Both the position numbers and the translations under genes were made by a program. Positions 18,216 through 28,521 of a stretch of DNA of 64,000 bases are shown piece by piece; position 1 is the first letter of the stretch, and each line of letters starts with the position of its first letter. The notes beneath the pieces were generated by a model. That model ran no database searches. It was not told where the DNA came from and saw only the letters and a list, made by a program, of their open reading frames with translations. The DNA is from a virus, in the IMG/VR virus record IMGVR_UViG_3300032236_000862, positions 1 to 64,000 of that record. One strand, given 5' to 3'.

Positions 18216-18811
18216 TACGTAAGCCCATTTCCGCTAATCATCCAAATAGTTGAGGCAATCTTTAATAAGGTTGCTACACCATATGCTGCTAAAGTTCTGC
18301 TTCCTGTAGCACCGGTTCCTGCTTGAAGTAGCGTATCAGAGGTAATTGAAACTGTCATAGTTACTCCACTAGCTGCAACCAAGGCTACTGAAGTTCCTAC
18401 AGGAAAACTTACAGAAGTATTTGCTGGAATAGTAACTGTGCCGCTACCTGTGAAGTAGATGTGCTTTCCAGCATCGCTTGCAGATATTGAGTATGACCCA
18501 AGTTGTAAATTTTGTGGCATACCTGTATAGCCCAAACCAGCAGCTGCACTTGTTATGGTTGCAGACGTTGGGCTAATGCTTGCTGCTAGAGTACCTGCGG
18601 TTATGTTTGAGGCAGGAAAATAACCCGAGGTAATTGTACCTAGGGTAGTAATTGAAGAAGAACCTGAATAGCTGGATGGGGAAAACGATACGCCATTTAT
18701 AACTAAAGAGCCCAGGCTTCCAGACCCGCCAATGTTTAAAGCGCCATCTACGTTTAGAGATGAAACTTTAAGCGGGTCTATATACCTGTGTTCTAGCTTA
18801 TTTAAAGCCAT
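18215..18811 (-). CDS. Virion/fibre-associated protein
   Basis: D.GK.I, TVTIP, FPVGT, A.L.K....W...G.L C-terminal domain common in phage fibres. Confidence 0.6.
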   Translation of the reverse strand: MALNKLEHRYIDPLKVSSLNVDGALNIGGSGSLGSLVINGVSFSPSSYSGSSSITTLGTITSGYFPASNITAGTLAASISPTSATITSAAAGLGYTGMPQNLQLGSYSISASDAGKHIYFTGSGTVTIPANTSVSFPVGTSVALVAASGVTMTVSITSDTLLQAGTGATGSRTLAAYGVATLLKIASTIWMISGNGLT

Positions 18812-18829
18812 TGGTAATCCCCCTCTAGA

Positions 18830-21800
18830 TTAAGCCTGAGCTTCTGTCCAAGATACACGACCGTATACGGTCGCAGAAGATGATGGAGATAGGTTGGTAA
18901 CTACGATAGTAAGAACGTCTGGGCCATCTGGGTAGATACCTGTATTTGCCACGGTTGTTCCGCCACCGATAATAGAGTTACCTAGATCACGGATCTGAGA
19001 CAAGTCAGAGGTACCAGTACCTGATACGAAGAAACCACCGGTCTTTTCACCGCCTGAAAGGGTTACTGAAGCTCCAGCGTAGTCAGCAATCTGGGCAAGA
19101 GAAGAGTTAGGTACGTTTGCCGCACCTGACACTGCGTTTGTCCAAGTAGTTGCTGCAGAAGGCACACCGTTAAGATAAGCCAATACCAACAGGTTAGCTG
19201 TTGAGGTATTAAGAATTGAGATATCCAGTGTGGAGAGCGTCAGCTGCATTCTATTGATAAGTTCACGAGTACCAAAGGCTGCGGCAATACCGTTATCCAC
19301 AGATGGTGCGCAACGGATTGAGAACAATGCCTTAGTGTTAACTACGCTAAAGCTAAGTGTTGCTCCAACCAAAGTAGTAGCGATGTTCTGGTTAATAGTG
19401 AAAGTCGTGCTGCTATTAACTGTGGTGACCACTGAACCAGCAGTCAATGCTCCAGTACCGCCGGTAACAGTGACCGTCTGACCTACTACTACGTTAGCGG
19501 TAGAGGATACGGTAATTTGAGCTTGACCGCTATTGCCTGATGCGCCGGTAATCGAGAACACTGCTGAAGGTCCAAGACCGGTTGAGTTAGTCTGACCGTA
19601 AGTAAAGAGGAGGGACTTATCGCCGTCAAAGCGACCATCCATAATTACCGATGTTCCCCAGTGAGAAATAGCTGGGGCAAAGGTTGGATAGGCAAACTCT
19701 ACAGAGATAGGAGAGGTAGACGAGTAGGAGAACGCAGCTCCAGTAGAAGTTACAGCTCCACTTGAACCTGTAGTAAAGCCCATAGGAGGGACAACAACTG
19801 TGGATGTTGATGCAGTAGCTGCCTGGCTCAAAGTAAAGGTGTTTGCTCCGCTGTTGATTGAGCTGATATATGTTCCATCTGGGATGGTAGTAGCAATAAC
19901 TCTCTGACCAACTTGAAGTCCAGCAGTAGCACCTGAAGCAACTGTAGCAACGTTTGAACCAGAAGCAAGAGTTACAGAGAGGGAAGTATTTCCAGCCTGA
20001 CCACGAGTTAATCCTGTAAAGGTTGTAGATGTGGTTCCTGTGTAGTTTACAAACTCTGTAACAACAAGGTTAGCTGTTGCAGTAGATGTAGAGCCTGTTG
20101 CAGTGCTGGCTACAGTAAAGTTAGTGTTAGCTGTCACAGAAGCAATAGTATACAGGCCGTTAAAGGCAGTATTTGTTGCGCCTGAGATAGAAACTACGTT
20201 TCCAGCAACAATTCCAGTAGTATTGCTTGTTGCATAAGTTACTACTGATCCAGAAGCTGTGATTCCGCTAATTGCAATTGCTGTAGTTGTATTACCACGA
20301 ATTGACAGAGTTCCAGAAGTTGGGAACTTAGAGGTATCAGAAACTGTAAGAGTTGTATCTGATGCGGCTACGCCAGCAGTTAGGTTGGTAACTGAAGGGG
20401 TTGTTGAGGTTTCATAACGACCAGGTAGGTTACCTGAACGCATGTAAGCTTCTGTGTTTACGTTGTTGTTAGCCATCTTATGGACATAGGTAACGTCACC
20501 GCTAGGTCCACGAAGACCCCAGCGAACGAAGCCCGCACCATACCAGGTGTAGTCAACATAGAACATCTGCATCTTGGTAAGATCAAGAACATAACCTGAA
20601 GGTCCTGTTCCATCCATCTTGTCAAGATTCCACTGAGATTGTGGGATCTTAAAGTCAACGGTCTTTGATAGAACTACGCTTGAGGCAGTTGACCCACGAT
20701 ATGCAGGGCTGATAGTCAAGCTTGTATCAGACTGAATATCTGTTACACGGTACGACTGGCCACGAAGAACAATGTAGTCTCCAGGGATCAGCTGACGGGA
20801 GAAGTAAGTTGGGAAGGATGAGATAGTCTGCTGAACAGTATTTGAACCGTTAACTACAGATACCTTTCCTGAAATTTGGTAGGTTGAGTTACGACGTACC
20901 GCATAGATAGTGGTTCCGTCAAACTCAAAGAACAAACCGTTTTGCTGATCAAAGATTCCAAGGCGGCTAGCTGCACCAAACCACTGGCTTACTGAGAGCG
21001 TATAGTTACCTGAGGCTACAGTAGCTGAAGGTGTGGTTGCTGCAGTATATGTGAACTGATTCCAACCAGTTACAGAGGTTACGGTAAAGTTTCCGTTATA
21101 TGCGGCTTCATTAGCTCCGCTAACGTTGATAGCAACACCTGGGGTAATATTATGGCGTTCCTTTGTCTGTACGGTAACAGTTGTTCCTGAAGAGGTAATA
21201 GAGTCAAGGTTAGCATAAGGCTTCAAGATTGTTCCTGAAGACATCTGGATACCCTTACCAGACTGGTAGCGGAAGTAACGGCGGGTCTGACGAATAGCCT
21301 GCTCGTAGTTTGAACCACCATTGCTTGAGAACAGTACTCCACCGTCAAATGCTCGGTGAGCAAACTGGCCTTGAGGACGTACGTATACTGTAGCAGAGGT
21401 GGCAACAAGTGTTCCACCGGTAATTGAAGCTGCTGGGTAGACAATAAATGAGGTTGGGTTAAGCACAGTTGAGACGACAAATGAACCATTAGGGTTAGTT
21501 CCAGTAGCTCCAGTAATACCAATAATTGCTACTTCATTGCCAATAGCTAATCCGTGAGGGATAGTGGTTGTTACTGTAAGAGCGTTAGTTCCAGCAACAT
21601 ATGAAACAGTAGGTGCTCCACCAATTGCAGCATTTGAGTAGACGTTGCCTTGATATATGGCTGTCTTATTTGGGTCAAAAATCGAGGTAAAGGCTGTGTT
21701 ATTTGCAGCCCTAGCTGTGTAGGTAAAGTTTGTTCCCGCAGAAACAGTTTCTACAATAAAGTTACCGTTTGCAATTCCTAGGTATGTATCAAGAACAGAC

Positions 21801-22582
21801 ACAGGAGTACCGACTGTTGGAGGAGTAGCAGTAAGCACTGTAACTGTCCTAGAGCCTGAGGACATCTGAACATCAGTAACGTTTTGAATTGTGTACTGGT
21901 TCTGATATGCATATGGGCGGTTGTTAATCATGGCTAGATTTTCCCACTTAGAAACCTGTGTGCCATATTCAAAGTCAGTATCAATAAGCGCTTGCGGAGA
22001 AGATGTGCGCATCTTGTTTGTTGGATCTACTAGAGTCTGATCAGGAGTAATCTTTTCAGCATACTCATCAATAGTGATCTGAAGCTTATCTGTAGCAGAC
22101 ATAGCTGAAGTATTGTAGTTAAGTACGATTACTGTGTTTGCGGCAGCTGTAATAGTTCCGCCAGAAATCCAGGTAGTTCCAGAAGTCAAATAGTTGTTTG
22201 TTGCGGTCTGGGTTGCAATAGTAAAGCTTGAGGCGTTTGCTGTAGCGATTACGCCTGTGATATTGAAGGCGTTTGGAATTGCTCCAGTGATGGTAACAGT
22301 CTGACCTGCTAAGAATGAGTTAGGTGCTGTGACGGTAGTGATTGTTCCTACTGTGGCTGGGGTTACGGTCATGCCGCTTGCGTAGGCAACTAGCTGGCCG
22401 TCTGCGTAGCTTCCATATGTGGTAGCAAGTAGCGATGGATCAGAGAAGTTATAGATTACCTTGTTTTTAGTAACGTTTGTAATAAGGACCAGGCGTTCCT
22501 GCCCAACATACCTTGGAATTACGACTGTTTTTGTTGACGGTACGAAGGTATATCCCGTATCAAATAAGATCTTTCTTGCCAT
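18830..22582 (-). CDS. Large virion structural protein with repeated beta (FCCH-like) modules
   Basis: 1250 aa, Thr/Ser-rich; LIDTDFEYG.Q..KWE, RQTRRYFRYQSGKG; repeated HG...G..V.I.G...NG.F modules. Confidence 0.7.
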   Translation of the reverse strand: MARKILFDTGYTFVPSTKTVVIPRYVGQERLVLITNVTKNKVIYNFSDPSLLATTYGSYADGQLVAYASGMTVTPATVGTITTVTAPNSFLAGQTVTITGAIPNAFNITGVIATANASSFTIATQTATNNYLTSGTTWISGGTITAAANTVIVLNYNTSAMSATDKLQITIDEYAEKITPDQTLVDPTNKMRTSSPQALIDTDFEYGTQVSKWENLAMINNRPYAYQNQYTIQNVTDVQMSSGSRTVTVLTATPPTVGTPVSVLDTYLGIANGNFIVETVSAGTNFTYTARAANNTAFTSIFDPNKTAIYQGNVYSNAAIGGAPTVSYVAGTNALTVTTTIPHGLAIGNEVAIIGITGATGTNPNGSFVVSTVLNPTSFIVYPAASITGGTLVATSATVYVRPQGQFAHRAFDGGVLFSSNGGSNYEQAIRQTRRYFRYQSGKGIQMSSGTILKPYANLDSITSSGTTVTVQTKERHNITPGVAINVSGANEAAYNGNFTVTSVTGWNQFTYTAATTPSATVASGNYTLSVSQWFGAASRLGIFDQQNGLFFEFDGTTIYAVRRNSTYQISGKVSVVNGSNTVQQTISSFPTYFSRQLIPGDYIVLRGQSYRVTDIQSDTSLTISPAYRGSTASSVVLSKTVDFKIPQSQWNLDKMDGTGPSGYVLDLTKMQMFYVDYTWYGAGFVRWGLRGPSGDVTYVHKMANNNVNTEAYMRSGNLPGRYETSTTPSVTNLTAGVAASDTTLTVSDTSKFPTSGTLSIRGNTTTAIAISGITASGSVVTYATSNTTGIVAGNVVSISGATNTAFNGLYTIASVTANTNFTVASTATGSTSTATANLVVTEFVNYTGTTSTTFTGLTRGQAGNTSLSVTLASGSNVATVASGATAGLQVGQRVIATTIPDGTYISSINSGANTFTLSQAATASTSTVVVPPMGFTTGSSGAVTSTGAAFSYSSTSPISVEFAYPTFAPAISHWGTSVIMDGRFDGDKSLLFTYGQTNSTGLGPSAVFSITGASGNSGQAQITVSSTANVVVGQTVTVTGGTGALTAGSVVTTVNSSTTFTINQNIATTLVGATLSFSVVNTKALFSIRCAPSVDNGIAAAFGTRELINRMQLTLSTLDISILNTSTANLLVLAYLNGVPSAATTWTNAVSGAANVPNSSLAQIADYAGASVTLSGGEKTGGFFVSGTGTSDLSQIRDLGNSIIGGGTTVANTGIYPDGPDVLTIVVTNLSPSSSATVYGRVSWTEAQA

Positions 22583-22585
22583 GTC

Positions 22586-23743
22586 TTAAAACGCTCCTAT
22601 TAGTAAATCCGCTGCCTTAAACGGATAGGTTGTGCTTACGGCTGTTACGCTGCTTCCGGGCATAAGTCTACCACTAAAAGAGGACCCTGCAGGAACAACT
22701 TCAGAAAATGCCAGATATCCGTCGTCATCTACCCTTAAGCCGTCCGGCTTTAGGGGAGAATCCCATACAACCACCGATTGATCTATTGACTGAACTATAC
22801 CATTAACAGTGATAAGAAGTCTCAGTGGATTGGTAATAGCTACCTGGGTTCCCTGGTAGGTGGGAACAAACCGGCTTTCAATTCCATCAAACTGGTACCT
22901 AAGGTCATCAAACGGGGTGATGTCTTGAATTGGGGCGTAGGTAGTGCTTGCCGCAGTTTGGGTAAGGTATGTAGAGCTAGCTGCAGTCTGGGCTAAATAC
23001 GTGGATGCAGCTGAGGTTTGACTCAAATAGGTTGAGGTAGCTGAAGTCTGACTTAAATAAGTTGAGGCAGCTGTTGTCTGGCTTAGGTAGGTAGAGGTTG
23101 CTGAAGATTGAGTTAGATAGGTGGACGCAGCGGCACCTGTGGTCAGATAGGTTCCTGAATCCAGGGTTCCATCGCCCTTAACAAATTGGCTAGACGTTCC
23201 ACCAGTAGTTATATGGGCGGGTGCTGTAATGTTTCCAGAAACGTCTACTTTAGAAAGAACCCCAGAGGTGCTATTTTGCCACTGTTGTAGGTCAGAAGTT
23301 TGTCCAGAGCTGAAAGGCTTAACAGCCAAAGCAACGTAGTTTGTATTAGCTGCATAGACGCCTAAAGAATAACTTGCGCTATTCAATTCAAGACGGGTAG
23401 CATTACCTGCATTTGAGGCTACAATTCCTAGCTTGACTGTGCCGGAAAATACGTTGGTGTTTGTAAAAGTATTAGTTCCAGCCAATTGAGGAACAACAGT
23501 GGTGTCAATCGCTAAAGTTCCTGAAGTGGTGATGGTTCCACCAGTTAAACCAGTTCCTGTAGCTACAGAGGTTACTGTTCCAGTTCCACTAATTGTTACC
23601 CACTGCATTCCTGTGCCAGTGGACTTTAGGAACTGACCTGAAGAACCTGTTGACCCACTGGCAGAGATTTGAGGTACCGTTAGTACGTCGGTAGCAGTAA
23701 GCGTGCCGGCTACACTAACCGGGGATAAAAAAGCCAGTGTCAC
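22586..23743 (-). CDS. Tail fibre-like protein
   Basis: GTVTSVATGTGLTGG, QFVKGDGTLD and 10-aa repeats. Confidence 0.7.
   Translation of the reverse strand: MTLAFLSPVSVAGTLTATDVLTVPQISASGSTGSSGQFLKSTGTGMQWVTISGTGTVTSVATGTGLTGGTITTSGTLAIDTTVVPQLAGTNTFTNTNVFSGTVKLGIVASNAGNATRLELNSASYSLGVYAANTNYVALAVKPFSSGQTSDLQQWQNSTSGVLSKVDVSGNITAPAHITTGGTSSQFVKGDGTLDSGTYLTTGAAASTYLTQSSATSTYLSQTTAASTYLSQTSATSTYLSQTSAASTYLAQTAASSTYLTQTAASTTYAPIQDITPFDDLRYQFDGIESRFVPTYQGTQVAITNPLRLLITVNGIVQSIDQSVVVWDSPLKPDGLRVDDDGYLAFSEVVPAGSSFSGRLMPGSSVTAVSTTYPFKAADLLIGAF
22931..23152 (-). repeat. Seven degenerate 30-nt coding repeats (TYLxQTxAxS)
   Basis: TYLTTGAAAS, TYLTQSSATS, TYLSQTTAAS and further units, with diverged codons. 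Confidence 0.85.
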
Positions 23744-23755
23744 TTACTGGACCTC

Positions 23756-25381
23756 TTATCCGAAGACTACTACACGAATTTGGTTTGTTGTAGGTGCTGT
23801 TGAGAAGGCAACTGTAACGGTTGTAGTAGAGGTGTGGGTAACGTCCGCAAGGTATTCAGCGTTAGTTGTGGTATCGTAAAGTGTGACCTGAACGTCCTTT
23901 GTACCCAAGTTGTGAGTAACAACGTAAGAGAGGGTTGCTCCATCACCAATTGATGTAGCGTACTTTCTGACCACTACTGTGGTGTCAATAGCAACTGTGC
24001 CAGTGCTTACGACGATACCTGCACCAGCTCCGACAGCTAGGCCAGAAGAGGTAGTGCCGAGACCTGAGTTAGTAGCTAGGAGGATCGAAGCTCCTGAGGC
24101 ACCTGTCTGCAAACCACCGGTTGAGAGTGGGTTAAATGTAAAGTTAGATCCTGTGAGGGTTACGCCGTTTGAAGCAGTGTAGGTACCGGCACCAGAGAAC
24201 TGAGAGAACTCAATGTTATCTGTACCAATTTTAATTGCTTTTGCAGGAGTGGTAGCAGTACCTGTGTCAATCTGAGACCAGCCCTGTGCTGTCTGAGAAG
24301 TGGTTCCAGATACACCAGATACGAAGACAAAGTCACCGGCAGTTACCTGACCAGGGATATGGTTGTCTGCGTCGGTTGCACGAGTAAGAACTGTTGATAC
24401 ACCAGTAGTACCAGCTGTAGTAACTGTGTAAATACCGTTTTGAGTCTTGGTAGTCTGGTTCTTTACAAGCACACGGTCATTGAGCTGAAGTGTGTAGCTA
24501 TCAATTATTGATGTACCAGTTGTGCCGTTTGTAAGAGTTGCGCCAACACCGGTACCTTGTGAAGCATCTGCAGAACCGTTAGCGTAGGTCCAACCTGTAA
24601 GGTTTACTGTAGTAGCAACAAGTGCTGAGTCGTGGACGTTAAGTCCCTGAGCAACACCGTCTACGTAGTTCTTTGTTGCAGCATCTTGTGCGGCAGTTGG
24701 GTCAGCAAGACCTGTAATCTTTTGTGCGTTAAATGCTACTGCAGAGGTTGGAACGCCAAATGCAGATAGTGCAAAACCGCTAGGAGCAAAACCGTGGACG
24801 TGGTCATCCTTAGCTGGAGCAGTTCCAGAACCGTTGGCTGCAGTTGTTGTAGAGATATTTGTTGCAGCATTTGCTGAAAGAGAAGGCGTACCGTGAGTGT
24901 GGTCAGAGTGAGCAACTGTTGTGGCAGAACCTGTTGCTGATGCAATACCATAAGTGGTAGCGGCTGTTACTGCAGCAAAACCTGGGCCTGCGTGAGAGTG
25001 GTCTGCACGGGCATAGTTAGTGGATGTTCCGTCAGCTTGAACTTGAGCTACGGAAGCTGCGGTTGAAAGACCTGTACCAAAAGCGTGGGTCTGCTGCCAA
25101 GTGGTTCCGTTAGAGTAGTAAACTAAGAAGTTATCAGTAGCATAATAGAAGGTGCCTGATGCTACAGCAGTCGCAACTGGACGAGAAGCAAGTGCACCTG
25201 CGCTAATTCCGTCAGCAGAACCCCAAGCAGTACCATTCCAGATATACAAACCATTAAGAGCAGTGTCGTAGTAGATCTGACCTACTACTGGAGATGAAGG
25301 CGCCGTTGCAAGGTTTTGAATTCGAGCATTTTGAAGCTCAAGCTTGCCTAAATCAATTGGGGTTAAAAACTTACGTGCCAT
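23756..25381 (-). CDS. Fibre/decoration protein
   Basis: ARADH.H repeats, ITGLADPT..QDAATKNYVD, DRVLVKNQ...NGIY, HNLGT. Confidence 0.7.
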   Translation of the reverse strand: MARKFLTPIDLGKLELQNARIQNLATAPSSPVVGQIYYDTALNGLYIWNGTAWGSADGISAGALASRPVATAVASGTFYYATDNFLVYYSNGTTWQQTHAFGTGLSTAASVAQVQADGTSTNYARADHSHAGPGFAAVTAATTYGIASATGSATTVAHSDHTHGTPSLSANAATNISTTTAANGSGTAPAKDDHVHGFAPSGFALSAFGVPTSAVAFNAQKITGLADPTAAQDAATKNYVDGVAQGLNVHDSALVATTVNLTGWTYANGSADASQGTGVGATLTNGTTGTSIIDSYTLQLNDRVLVKNQTTKTQNGIYTVTTAGTTGVSTVLTRATDADNHIPGQVTAGDFVFVSGVSGTTSQTAQGWSQIDTGTATTPAKAIKIGTDNIEFSQFSGAGTYTASNGVTLTGSNFTFNPLSTGGLQTGASGASILLATNSGLGTTSSGLAVGAGAGIVVSTGTVAIDTTVVVRKYATSIGDGATLSYVVTHNLGTKDVQVTLYDTTTNAEYLADVTHTSTTTVTVAFSTAPTTNQIRVVVFG

Positions 25382-25392
25382 TTACTATCTCC

Positions 25393-25746
25393 TTATGATA
25401 GGTAAGCGTGTCCACTGAAAGCCGAAGTAAATGTTAGCACAAGACTGTTGGGGTCTAGGTAGTTAACTTCGCCCTCTACTTGACTACCCCCAGAGTCTAC
25501 AACAGTTATGTTTGGATAAAAGTTCAAATTGTGAACAATCCTCCAGGAGGAGGCTGGGGAGTTCTGTACGTAGGTATAAGCTACAGCCTGTACAGGGTTT
25601 GACAGGTTGGTAAGGGTAATTGGGGCTGGTTCTATGATAGATATGGCAGCACAGTTACCGCAAGTACATGTGCTTGTACTGCTACATTGGTAGACTACGT
25701 TAGTTACCGCTGAGGATCCATTGGGACCCCATACTATTGGGCTCAT
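25393..25746 (-). CDS. Small virion protein
   Basis: Q..PAS.W.I.HNL..YP.ITVVD, F...FSG.AYL. Confidence 0.6.
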   Translation of the reverse strand: MSPIVWGPNGSSAVTNVVYQCSSTSTCTCGNCAAISIIEPAPITLTNLSNPVQAVAYTYVQNSPASSWRIVHNLNFYPNITVVDSGGSQVEGEVNYLDPNSLVLTFTSAFSGHAYLS

Positions 25747-26840
25747 ACGACACCATATCCTGACGAGTTAGTTACTGAAGGGAAGGTATAGACCTTTCCT
25801 CCAAAGTAGGTTTTAATCTTGCCGGAAGTATCCGTAAGACGCAAATCATAATAAGCGGTCTTTGGAAGGGTGCTAGTTACGCTTCCTGGAAGACTTAGGG
25901 CCAAGATAGTTGGGTAGCTCTGTCCCGCAGCGTTAACCTTACCTACTGTAAATGTACCCAAAATAACTGGGCCAACCTGAGAGAACTGACTGTTCTGGTA
26001 GAGAACAATCTCAGCCTTTGGAGTGAAGTTAGTGAGGTCAAAGCTAAAGCCGAAGTCTTGTACGAAGTCGTCTCCAGAGTACATTTCCAAATCCTGAACC
26101 AAGATAGGCTCTGGAGGAGTCTGATCCCCGTAGGTAGGTACTGGAAGCATAACTCTTTGTGGGAGAGACCAGTCATCAATTTCTTGTGGCTTGTAGATAG
26201 GGATGTAGCGGTTTGTAAGACGGCTGATACGTCGAAGACTTGATACCTCAATACGGTAAAGTCCAATACCTAGCATTGAGCATAGCTCACGGTATTGTTG
26301 CTGACGAGTAGTCATCATGCTCATAAGCTGGCTGTAACGTTCAGAACGTGGGATACTGACGCCATCTGGAGACATGATATTGATATCAAAAGCGGAGTCA
26401 TTGGCTAAAGTATAGAGGGCCAAGGTAGTGGCTAAAATAACCACTGGATATTCTTCTACAGCAGGTAGGAAAGCAAGCTGGGTTATTGAGCTGCCCAAGC
26501 TAGTTGTCTCTCCACGAGTATGCTGGGCAAAAGCTGTGTTGACATAGTAGGCAACTTCAGAGTCAGTAAAGTAACGATACGCCTGTCCAGCAACAGTGAC
26601 GATTGCATTGTTTGCTGGGGCTGCGGCCAGGGTTAATACGCCTGTGCCTTCTTCAATAATGGCCGTAGCCGATACGTCCGTAGAACCAACTTTAACTACG
26701 ATTGTAGATCCCTGGATAGGGGCTTGAGAAAGTTGGTAACGGATAGTAGAGCCGTCACCTGTGTAGGTATCCACAAAGGTTCGTGCTGTGTCGCCAAGTT
26801 CTGCCCGAAGTCGGTCAGAGAGTGCTTGTAATGTTGCCAC
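25743..26840 (-). CDS. Head-tail adaptor/neck protein with extra beta domains
   Basis: RLRAELGD, YFTD.E, PDGVSIPR.ERY; GTG start with GGAGG RBS. Confidence 0.6.
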   Translation of the reverse strand: MATLQALSDRLRAELGDTARTFVDTYTGDGSTIRYQLSQAPIQGSTIVVKVGSTDVSATAIIEEGTGVLTLAAAPANNAIVTVAGQAYRYFTDSEVAYYVNTAFAQHTRGETTSLGSSITQLAFLPAVEEYPVVILATTLALYTLANDSAFDINIMSPDGVSIPRSERYSQLMSMMTTRQQQYRELCSMLGIGLYRIEVSSLRRISRLTNRYIPIYKPQEIDDWSLPQRVMLPVPTYGDQTPPEPILVQDLEMYSGDDFVQDFGFSFDLTNFTPKAEIVLYQNSQFSQVGPVILGTFTVGKVNAAGQSYPTILALSLPGSVTSTLPKTAYYDLRLTDTSGKIKTYFGGKVYTFPSVTNSSGYGVV

Positions 26841-26897
26841 AAATCCTCCATCAGATAGTGTGCTAATCATCTAACAAATCTTAAGATTAGTCAGGGT

Positions 26898-26940
26898 AAA
26901 AAAGGCCCCCATAGACAGGAGGGCGGGTGTCTATGGGGGC
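26898..26940 (-). terminator. Rho-independent terminator
   Basis: 13-bp stem GCCCCCATAGACA/TGTCTATGGGGGC followed by CTTTTT. Confidence 0.8.
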
Positions 26941-26956
26941 GGCCTAGGGGTGCGAC

Positions 26957-27325
26957 TTAGAGGCGGTCGTACAAATAACCTTTTTCTTGTAAGTGAGTCG
27001 CTACATGCTTTGGAACTTTGTACTTTTTACCTGTTTGGAATGAATAATTGTTTCCAGCGCCAATAGTAACCATGTCTAGGTTCTCTGCTACTCGAATGAC
27101 AACCTGGTCGTCTGCAAGGCTTACGCCCACGCTTTCGATCTCGTCAATTACTGTTGGGTTTTCTGGGTTCTGAGTAAGGTCAACAACTTCAGTCTCATCT
27201 TTGTGAGCCTTTGTTTGTGTTGCCATTGAGATTTCATTAGCACGTTCTGCCAATGCCTCTGCGTTAGCTGCTAATAGAGCCTCACGCTGACGCCCTGTAA
27301 CGTCTGTAACTTTTGCTTTTGCCAC
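26957..27325 (-). CDS. Hypothetical protein downstream of the capsid gene
   Basis: ORF track; AGGAG RBS. Confidence 0.6.
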   Translation of the reverse strand: MAKAKVTDVTGRQREALLAANAEALAERANEISMATQTKAHKDETEVVDLTQNPENPTVIDEIESVGVSLADDQVVIRVAENLDMVTIGAGNNYSFQTGKKYKVPKHVATHLQEKGYLYDRL

Positions 27326-27392
27326 GATATTTATTCTCCTGTTAGATTAGTTGGGGTGGGGGAGGGTTTCAAGGCCCTCCCCCGGTATTAAA

Positions 27393-28469
27393 TTAGTTGG
27401 TTTCTGCAATAACTACAGACTGATCGGTGATAAGACCGAGGCCGTAGATAGCGTACCATGCAAGAGCGTGCTCACGACCGAAGTCAAGAATACCGCCGTC
27501 ACGAAGCTCAACTGGAAGTGAGATAGCGTGACCGAATGCGTTGTCTCCAATGAAGATAGCTGAGTAGCGATCGTTTGAACCGTTACCTGTAGCTGTTACT
27601 GGAGTTGTGTAACCTCCGCCAGTTGGATAGGCGATTGATCCTGGAGCCACTGCTGTATCTGTGGTGTAGTTTGTACCAGCACCGTTGGTGACCTTTGAGA
27701 TCTGAGTTGTCTCAATGAAGACTGTGTCGTAGAGACGACCGATTTCACCGAGCATGAAGTTACCTGGAGCAGCGTACTTTGTTACTTCGATGAACTCTGG
27801 GAGGTCACGAAGACGACGGCTCTGGTGAGGGTGAACGAATGCGACGTAAGTCTCGCCCAACCTTGGGATGTTCTTGGTAGCCAAGGTCTCGACAGCGTCC
27901 TTAACGGTACGTGTTGAGAGGTATGAAGCACCGGTCATAGAAGCACGTGATGTAGCTGCTGTACCGTATGCATACCAGTTGTTGACTGCTGAGAGGTTTG
28001 AACGATCTTCACCGTAGATGACAGAAGATGCTGCCATGAGTGTGTCACGAGCCTGGCCATCAAGGTAGAGAGCCATGTTACGTCCAAGAAGACGTGAAGC
28101 TGATGCCATAACGTCATCGAATGATGCGTTGAGGAGAAGCTCGGATACTGCGATTGCGTAACCTTGCTCAGCAACAGTGATTGAGAACTGCTGTGCTGTC
28201 AATGCGTTTGTTGACATACGGACACCTTCAGTAAGTGTTGAAGCGAATCCGAGGTTGTTGTAACGCATGAAGTTGATCTGGAGACCAGGAGCTACGCCGA
28301 GTTCTGTCTTCTTGACTGCGAACTGCTCGAAGCGCAAGATAGGCATTGACTGGAATAGAATTTCCTTAGACCAGATGGTCTGAATTGCTTGTGTAAGCTG
28401 GCTGTTAGCGCCAGAATACGCTGTTGGGGCAGCGGCGAGATTACCGGTACCTGTTACGGCTGATGCCAT
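27393..28469 (-). CDS. Major capsid protein (N4-gp56-like)
   Basis: LTEGV, VHP.Q..LR, GEIG....F.ET, DFGR; follows the scaffold. Confidence 0.92.
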   Translation of the reverse strand: MASAVTGTGNLAAAPTAYSGANSQLTQAIQTIWSKEILFQSMPILRFEQFAVKKTELGVAPGLQINFMRYNNLGFASTLTEGVRMSTNALTAQQFSITVAEQGYAIAVSELLLNASFDDVMASASRLLGRNMALYLDGQARDTLMAASSVIYGEDRSNLSAVNNWYAYGTAATSRASMTGASYLSTRTVKDAVETLATKNIPRLGETYVAFVHPHQSRRLRDLPEFIEVTKYAAPGNFMLGEIGRLYDTVFIETTQISKVTNGAGTNYTTDTAVAPGSIAYPTGGGYTTPVTATGNGSNDRYSAIFIGDNAFGHAISLPVELRDGGILDFGREHALAWYAIYGLGLITDQSVVIAETN

Positions 28470-28521
28470 TTTGGTGTTACTCCTTGTTCATATATGTTAG
28501 GTTAGTAAAAATGGGTAGGTA

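Noticed and set aside
27358-27383. Terminator after the capsid gene
   Set aside because: Strong stem but no U tract on the coding strand; may be a stabilising or pausing hairpin
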